Part shown: positions 58,899 to 64,000 of the stretch, one piece after another | Layout of the letters: each line of letters begins with the position of its first letter | Position numbering within the stretch: the stretch's first letter is position 1 | Assembly (NCBI GenBank): GCA_964617625.1 | Contig: CAZTZL010000001.1 | Coordinates: forward strand, 9,783 to 73,782 | Length of the DNA stretch: 64,000 nt | Direction of reading: 5' to 3' | From: an uncultured bacterium | GTDB taxonomy: Bacteria; Zhuqueibacterota; QNDG01; DSAB01 | Notes under the pieces: model-generated | Told to the model about the DNA's origin: nothing | Seen by the model: the letters and a program-made list of their open reading frames with translations, nothing else | The model's database searches: none | Translations under genes and position numbers: made by a program

Positions 58899-60737
58899 GT
58901 GATACACTTGTCGCCTCAAAAAACACTTTCCGAAAGATTATTAAAAGGCATTCCGGTTTCGGAAGGAATTGCCATTGGCCGAATATGGATACTGGAGAGT
59001 CCCTGGGATGAGGTGATTCCCCTGTCTCTTGAATCCAATAGTATTGATCAGGAAACCAAAAGATATGAAAATGCAATCAATGAAGTAGAAAAACAACTTA
59101 ATGATTGCTATCATCGCGTACACAAAGAAATTGGAGAAGACGAAGCCAATATATTTAAGGCCCATCTCTATATTTTACAAGATCCTTTTTTCCAGACTGA
59201 AATCAAAGATTCGATTAAAATACAGAAAAAAAATGCCGAATACCTGCTGAAAGAAGCCATTGAACGCTGGAGCCAATCTCTTCTGAAAAGTGGGAATGAA
59301 TATTTCCGTTACCGTATTGACGATATCAGGGATGTTGGCATTCGATTATTAAGGGTTCTGCTTCAAACTGAGGAAATCAAGTTTCATCTGGATGAACCGG
59401 CCATTTTGGTTGCTCACAATTTAACACCTTCAGATACCGCGCGGATGGATCGAAAAATGATTCTGGGTTTTGTTTCCGAGCTTGGAGGCAAAACATCCCA
59501 CGTGTCCATCCTTGCACGATCCATGGGATTACCCGCCGTCGTTGGTATCGAACGTCTTATGAGAAAAGCAAAGGCGGGACAAAAAATTATCGTTGATGGG
59601 AATACAGGAATTGTCTATATCGATCCTCCTGAAAATATTATTCAAAATTACGAAAAGCGAAAAAAACAATTTTCCAATTATTGGAAGCAGCTCGCGAAAG
59701 AGATTAAACTTGATGCTGTTACAACTGATCATGAACCTATTTCCCTTCAGGCCAACGTTTCCATGATTGCAGATGTCAGCTTGGCAGTGCAGTATGCAGC
59801 CGATGGTATCGGATTGTTCAGAACCGAACTGCCTTTTTTGATGGCGGGAAAACTTCTTTCCGAGGAAGAGCAATTTGATATCTACCGGACTGTGGTCGAA
59901 GCCATGAAAGGGAAGGTGGTAACGATCCGGACACTGGATTTAGGAGGAGACAAATTTTTACCCTTCCAGGGGGTGGAAAAAGAGAGCAATCCATTTATGG
60001 GATGGCGGTCGATTCGTATATTTCTTCAGGAGAAAGAAATTTTTAAAACACAGTTACGGGCCATTCTAAGAGCCAGTCAATTCGGGAAGATTAAAATTCT
60101 TTATCCTATGATATCCAGTCTCGAAGAGATCATCGAAATTCAAAAGATAATGAAGCAGACGCAAAATGAATTGAAAAAGAAGGGGATTCCGTTTGATCCA
60201 TCGATTCAATGCGGCATTATGGTTGAAGTTCCATCCATAGCAATTATTGCGGATCGGGTAATCGAGCATACGGATTTTTTCAGTATTGGCACAAACGATC
60301 TTATTCAATATACATTGGCTGTAGATCGCAATAATGAAAAGGTGGCCAAATTTTATCAGCCATTGAATCCGGCCATTGTTCAATTGCTGTACCGAACTAT
60401 TCAGGCAGCTATCAAAGCGCAAAAACCGGTATCCATTTGCGGAGAAATGGCAGGAAATCCATTATATACAGGCATGTTGCTTGGGTTTGGTTTGAAACAG
60501 TTCAGCATGAGTCCGCTGATGATTCCTGAAATCAAGGAGAGGATAAGGGCTCTTTCAATTAAGGAATGTGAAAATATTGCCGCTGAAATTCTTCAAATGA
60601 ATTCGACGGAAATGATAGAGAAATTCTTATGGAAGTTCCATAATCAAATCAATCAACAGCAAACTGTGCCTTATTTTGAAAAAGCGGATGTTCAGACTTC
60701 CGAGGAAAGCCTGGATCATTATTTAAGTGAAGATTGA
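58899..60737 (+). CDS. ptsI: Phosphoenolpyruvate-protein phosphotransferase (PTS enzyme I)
   Basis: It shares the PEP-utilising enzyme architecture. The phosphohistidine region reads GGKTSHVSILARSMGLPAVVG. A C-terminal TIM-barrel PEP-binding domain has the catalytic Cys in ICGEMAG. The start is ambiguous (GTG 58899 or TTG 58908). Confidence 0.85.
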   Translation: MIHLSPQKTLSERLLKGIPVSEGIAIGRIWILESPWDEVIPLSLESNSIDQETKRYENAINEVEKQLNDCYHRVHKEIGEDEANIFKAHLYILQDPFFQTEIKDSIKIQKKNAEYLLKEAIERWSQSLLKSGNEYFRYRIDDIRDVGIRLLRVLLQTEEIKFHLDEPAILVAHNLTPSDTARMDRKMILGFVSELGGKTSHVSILARSMGLPAVVGIERLMRKAKAGQKIIVDGNTGIVYIDPPENIIQNYEKRKKQFSNYWKQLAKEIKLDAVTTDHEPISLQANVSMIADVSLAVQYAADGIGLFRTELPFLMAGKLLSEEEQFDIYRTVVEAMKGKVVTIRTLDLGGDKFLPFQGVEKESNPFMGWRSIRIFLQEKEIFKTQLRAILRASQFGKIKILYPMISSLEEIIEIQKIMKQTQNELKKKGIPFDPSIQCGIMVEVPSIAIIADRVIEHTDFFSIGTNDLIQYTLAVDRNNEKVAKFYQPLNPAIVQLLYRTIQAAIKAQKPVSICGEMAGNPLYTGMLLGFGLKQFSMSPLMIPEIKERIRALSIKECENIAAEILQMNSTEMIEKFLWKFHNQINQQQTVPYFEKADVQTSEESLDHYLSED

Positions 60738-60786
60738 AAACACTTGATTTTAAGATTGAATATAATTAAATTTGTTTCCGTTTAGA

Positions 60787-60862
60787 GGCGGTGTAGCTCA
60801 GCTGGTAGAGCAGCGGAATCATAATCCGCGTGTCCGGGGTTCGAGTCCCTGCACCGCTACCA
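60787..60862 (+). tRNA. tRNA with anticodon CAU (elongator Met or, given the tilS neighbour, tRNA-Ile2 LAU)
   Basis: This is a 76-nt cloverleaf. The acceptor GGCGGTG/CACCGCT has G1-U72, followed by a D-arm, anticodon stem GCGGA/TCCGC and loop aTCATAa, a T-arm with TTCGAGT, and encoded CCA. The anticodon stem lacks the 3 consecutive G-C pairs of initiator tRNA. Confidence 0.85.
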
Positions 60863-60926
60863 GGTATGATCGAATTTTTTCAACCAGGATGACCTTTCAA
60901 TGATACTATGGAAGGTTATTTTTTTT

Positions 60927-62318
60927 ATGAATGAAATTTTAAAAAAATGGATTCAATTTGTGAATGATCACCGGTTATTCACACGTGGGGATAAAATTCT
61001 ACTTGGTGTATCCGGCGGCATTGATTCTGTTGTGATGCTGGATTTATTTCTGCAAATCTCCAATTACCGGAATTTAAAACTGGCAGTAATTCATGTCAAT
61101 CATTCTCTGCGGGGACGATCCGCTGATGCGGATGAACAATTTGTAAGAAATCTTGCGAGGAATTTCCGTCTGTCTTTTTTTGGACTGAAAAGCGATGTTA
61201 AATATTATTGTAAAAAACACCGGCTATCGATTGAAACAGGCGCAAGAGAAGTCCGGTTTCGCTTTTTCAATCAAATGCGTAAGCGACTCGGTTATGATTC
61301 TGTTTCCCTGGCACATCATGCAGACGACCAGGCAGAAACCGTTTTAATGCATTTGATGCAGGGAAGTGGGTTGCGCGGCTTGCGGGGTATGCTGCCCAAA
61401 AGGGATAGTATTATCCATCCCTTGCTTTCTATAACTAAAAATGAAATTGAGAAATACTCCGTTGAGAGAAAATTGAATTATGTCGTTGATAAGTCCAATT
61501 ATGGAACTCGCTATACCAGAAATAAAATTAGACTGGAAGTTATTCAGCCTCTTAAAAAGCAAATGGGTGAATCTGTGATTCATTCGATTTGCCGGTCTGC
61601 TTCTATTGTTTCGGAATCGGAATTGTATCTCGAATATGAAGTCAATAAAATCCGAAAGAATGTGATCGTTTCCTGTTCGGAAGGGGAAATTGTTCTTGAT
61701 ATTGATCGATTTTTGCATTATTTTAAAATGATTCAGAAGACCTTGTTAATTCAAATTTTCGAAGAGTTTTTTCACTTTAAGCGAAAACTGCGTGTGAATG
61801 AGTTCGATAGAATACTCAATCTCGCAAAATCCGGAAAAAGTGGCAGTTATATCGAAATTGGAAAACAGTATCGAATTGTTAGAACGAAAAAAAAATTATC
61901 TTTGATTCGTAATATCGATGAGTGGCCATCCATTTCGGTTGAGATAAATCGGGAAGTTGCTTTGCCGGAATGTCATTTGAAATTTCGCGCCGAAACAGTC
62001 AATCTAAAACAATCGGCAATTTCTTTTGTCGGGAATAAAAAAGTAGAGTATCTGGATTTACAGAAAGTATCATTGCCCTTGGTCATTCGTCCTATGAAGC
62101 CGGGAGACTGGTTTGTTCCTCTGGGAATGCAGGGGAGGAAAAAACTGCAAGATTTTTTTGTCGATGAAAAAGTGCCTTTTTATAAACGTTCATCTATTCC
62201 CCTGCTGGTGGGGGGTAATTCGATTATTTGGGTGATGGGGCATAGGCTCGATGGGCGTTTTAGATTGGATGAAACTACTAAAAAAATACTCAAGGTGGAA
62301 ATTGAAGAGGTTGCATGA
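60927..62318 (+). CDS. tilS: tRNA(Ile)-lysidine synthetase
   Basis: The PP-loop SGGIDS sits at the N-terminus (ILLGVSGGIDSVVM). Conserved ...HVNHSLRG...HHADDQAETVL... motifs follow. The track ORF starts at 60900. The ATG at 60927 is preferred. Confidence 0.9.
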   Translation: MNEILKKWIQFVNDHRLFTRGDKILLGVSGGIDSVVMLDLFLQISNYRNLKLAVIHVNHSLRGRSADADEQFVRNLARNFRLSFFGLKSDVKYYCKKHRLSIETGAREVRFRFFNQMRKRLGYDSVSLAHHADDQAETVLMHLMQGSGLRGLRGMLPKRDSIIHPLLSITKNEIEKYSVERKLNYVVDKSNYGTRYTRNKIRLEVIQPLKKQMGESVIHSICRSASIVSESELYLEYEVNKIRKNVIVSCSEGEIVLDIDRFLHYFKMIQKTLLIQIFEEFFHFKRKLRVNEFDRILNLAKSGKSGSYIEIGKQYRIVRTKKKLSLIRNIDEWPSISVEINREVALPECHLKFRAETVNLKQSAISFVGNKKVEYLDLQKVSLPLVIRPMKPGDWFVPLGMQGRKKLQDFFVDEKVPFYKRSSIPLLVGGNSIIWVMGHRLDGRFRLDETTKKILKVEIEEVA

Positions 62319-62432
62319 AAAATAGAATTTCATCCATTCAAACATCTGGTATAAATAGGAATGATGAACTTTTATTGAATTGAATCGTTCAAGAACAGGG
62401 TAGTTTAAATTATGTAAGGAATTGTATTTATC

Positions 62433-64000
62433 ATGGATAATAAAAAACAGCAGACACCTAAAGAAAACAACTTTCAGTGGAAGCGTGCAACAAGGACGTT
62501 GATATTTTGGGTGCTTCTTTTCCTGGGAACCATTTATGTGATTCAGGTTTTCAATCTTCGAAAAACAAAAGAAGCCGAAATTACTTATACCGAGTATCAA
62601 CAGTTTTTAGAAAACGGATCCATTGAAAAAGCCAATATCCAGGAAAATATTTTTCACGGTATTCTCAAATTCGACGAGACGGTTGTCCGTGACGGAAAAA
62701 TGATCAAGTTTCGCCGGTTCAAGACGGTCATGCCCTTCATAGACAGGGATATGGTTAACGAATGGGATCGAATCGGGCTTCGCTATGAATTTCAAAAGAG
62801 AGGGACGGAATGGTGGGGGTATCTACTCAGCATGCTGCCATGGATCATTTTGATTCTTCTCTATCTTTTCTTTTTGAAGAGACTGCAGGGAGGGGGAGGG
62901 GGAAAAGGGATATTCAGTTTTGGAAAAAGCAGGGCACGCCTGCTCACTGAAGACCGAACCAAAGTAACCTTTAAAGATGTGGCCGGTGCCGATGAAGCAA
63001 AGCAGGAACTGAGCGAAATCATCGAATTTCTCAAAGCGCCTGAAAAATTTCAGGTCCTTGGAGGCAGGATTCCGAAAGGGGTACTATTGCTCGGGCCACC
63101 GGGAACCGGGAAAACTTTGCTGGCAAAAGCAGTGGCCGGTGAAGCCGGTGTTTCATTTTTCAGTCTTTCAGGTGCGGATTTTGTTGAAATGTTTGTGGGT
63201 GTTGGCGCTTCCCGTGTTCGCGATCTTTTTGAACAGGGCAAAAAAAATGCTCCATGCATCATTTTCATTGATGAGATCGATGCAGTGGGCCGTCATCGAG
63301 GAGCCGGATTGGGAGGCGGACACGATGAAAGGGAGCAGACATTGAATCAGCTGCTTGTCGAAATGGACGGATTCGAGACCAACGATGGCGTGATTTTGCT
63401 TGCCGCCACGAATCGCCCCGATGTACTGGATCATGCACTGCTTCGTCCAGGCCGGTTTGACAGACAGGTCGTTGTGGATCGCCCGGATGTGAGAGGAAGA
63501 GAAGGAATTCTGAAAGTGCATACCCAGAAAAAACCTCTTGCATCGAATGTAGATACGAACATACTTGCAAAAGGGACTCCCGGATTTTCGGGAGCGGATC
63601 TGGCCAATCTTGTGAACGAAGCTGCATTGCTTGCGGCCAGAAGAAATCAAAAACAAATTGAAATGGAAGATTTTGAAGATGCCAAAGATAAAGTGATGAT
63701 GGGCGTGGAACGCAAAAGTCTCATTATTACAGAAGACGAAAAGAGGAGTACGGCCTATCATGAATCCGGTCACGTTCTTGTCTCCAAGCTTATCCCGGAA
63801 TCCGATCCTGTCCATAAGGTAACAATTATACCGCGGGGACGTGCATTGGGTGTCACATCGTTTCTTCCAATCGATGAAAAACATAATTATACAAAGAATT
63901 ACTGCAATGCGATGATGGCCTATCTTTTGGGTGGACGAGTTGCTGAAATGCTGGTTCTCGATGAATTAAGCACGGGTGCCGGAAATGATATCGAAAGAGC
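62433..64000 (+). CDS. ftsH: ATP-dependent zinc metalloprotease FtsH (partial; runs off the window end)
   Basis: Two N-terminal TM helices flank a periplasmic domain. The AAA+ module has Walker [19 protein letters not shown], Walker [11 protein letters not shown] and the SRH region. It is absent from the ORF track because it has no stop in the window. Confidence 0.9.
   Translation, partial: MDNKKQQTPKENNFQWKRATRTLIFWVLLFLGTIYVIQVFNLRKTKEAEITYTEYQQFLENGSIEKANIQENIFHGILKFDETVVRDGKMIKFRRFKTVMPFIDRDMVNEWDRIGLRYEFQKRGTEWWGYLLSMLPWIILILLYLFFLKRLQGGGGGKGIFSFGKSRARLLTEDRTKVTFKDVAGADEAKQELSEIIEFLKAPEKFQVLGGRIPKGVLLLGPPGTGKTLLAKAVAGEAGVSFFSLSGADFVEMFVGVGASRVRDLFEQGKKNAPCIIFIDEIDAVGRHRGAGLGGGHDEREQTLNQLLVEMDGFETNDGVILLAATNRPDVLDHALLRPGRFDRQVVVDRPDVRGREGILKVHTQKKPLASNVDTNILAKGTPGFSGADLANLVNEAALLAARRNQKQIEMEDFEDAKDKVMMGVERKSLIITEDEKRSTAYHESGHVLVSKLIPESDPVHKVTIIPRGRALGVTSFLPIDEKHNYTKNYCNAMMAYLLGGRVAEMLVLDELSTGAGNDIER

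Overview
This 64 kb window reads as a bacterial chromosome segment of about 40% GC (by eye). A long secreted protein ends in a type IX secretion (T9SS) C-terminal sorting domain, which points to the FCB superphylum or a related candidate phylum; that lineage call is inference. All genes in 1-12.5 kb are on the minus strand: rnfE (partial), rnfG, rnfD, rnfC, nrdR, a dCMP deaminase, glyA, rpiB, a TPR lipoprotein, a FadL/PorV-like outer-membrane barrel, a secreted repeat protein and a DUF2723/GT-C-like membrane glycosyltransferase with a TPR tail. After an AT-rich divergent region (12.5-12.9 kb) everything is on the plus strand. The plus-strand genes, in order, are: (1) a 1784-aa secreted protein with Fn3, 13 tandem Ig-like repeats, two paralogous ~140-aa domains and a T9SS C-terminal domain. 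(2) A contiguous, apparently complete type IVa pilus locus: pilD, a REC protein, pilB, pilC, pilA with a strong terminator, four minor pilins, a fused pilM-pilN, pilO, a 1300-aa Big_1-repeat protein, a small outer-membrane barrel, pilP, pilQ and pilT. (3) A thiol-redox island: trxB, an ArsR regulator, trxA with a CHPC active site, a TlpA-like lipoprotein, OsmC and a double-CxxC glutaredoxin-like PDO. (4) A transglutaminase-like protein with a glutaminyl-cyclase-like beta-propeller. (5) A Pil-Chp-like chemosensory locus: REC, CheW, CheR-TPR, CheW, a PBP-like protein, an MCP, a stand-alone Hpt, CheA-REC, CheB, a 1294-aa hybrid kinase (REC-GAF-GAF-HK-REC-REC-REC-Hpt) and a REC-pseudokinase. (6) thiC (or a ThiC paralog) with no visible TPP riboswitch, def, ptsI, a tRNA with a CAU anticodon immediately upstream of tilS, and a partial ftsH. 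The most interesting candidate for a new system is the pilus machine with two unexplained structural genes between pilO and pilP, apparently wired to an unusually elaborate chemosensory phosphorelay. No mobile elements, CRISPR arrays or recognisable defense systems were seen.
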